From Macrostomum lignano (taxonomy: Eukaryota): 64,000 nucleotides of DNA. Under the pieces are notes generated by a model. That model saw only the letters and a list, made by a program, of their open reading frames with translations. It was not told the DNA's origin and ran no database searches. Position numbers and translations under genes: made by a program. The stretch covers positions 1-64,000 of the forward strand of contig NIVC01002196.1 in NCBI GenBank assembly GCA_002269645.1, read 5' to 3'. Within the stretch, counting starts at the first letter, position 1. The number at the start of each line of letters is the position of its first letter. This document shows, piece after piece, positions 63,701 to 64,000 of this stretch.

Positions 63701-64000
63701 AGCGAAATTTCGGGCTTATAAAAGCGAAACTCCCAGATAGCCTTTTATGGGTGAGCGCAGTTTTGCTTTGGTCTGCAAACATTCGCCAGAACTTACTCTA
63801 TCCAACATGCTGCTATGCTCACTGAAGCAGAGATGTCCCACAGATTCGATTAGAGTTCCGCTGTCGCCGCTGCTGCTGCTGCCGAAGACTGCTCAATGCT
63901 CAACAAGGATTCCGAATTTTAGCGACCGAACTTATCTAGAGAGTGACTGTGAGAGCTCCGGCGTTGATTGGACCTTTGTCTCGGCGAATCCTGGGCTGCT

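Overview
Eukaryotic (invertebrate) genomic DNA. It has GC-rich spliced exons, introns and intergenic spacers packed with unrelated minisatellites, and AT-rich tracts. This organisation resembles the flatworm Macrostomum, but that assignment is inference only. Seven intron-containing genes were reconstructed by hand from GT-AG junctions and reading-frame continuity: DNAJB12/14-like (5' part, minus), ZMYND12 (complete), a CYP46A1-like cytochrome P450 (complete, minus), a divergent orphan class A GPCR, a secreted and probably GPI-anchored protein with a stand-alone agrin NtA-like domain, a Vang/Strabismus gene with a non-canonical C-terminus, and a GnRH/AKH-type receptor (minus). Two transposon clusters (36-40 kb and 46.6-52.8 kb) contain Gypsy and RTE-like remnants, three short Tc1/IS630-type elements with TIRs and TA duplications, two near-identical tRNA-headed SINEs with TSDs, and two tyrosine-recombinase (Crypton-like) remnants, one inserted precisely inside a Tc1 TIR. 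A CORE-SINE lies at 56.7-57.0 kb. Most long ORFs in the supplied track are translations of tandem repeats and are not genes. No CRISPR array, rRNA or bona fide tRNA gene was seen.
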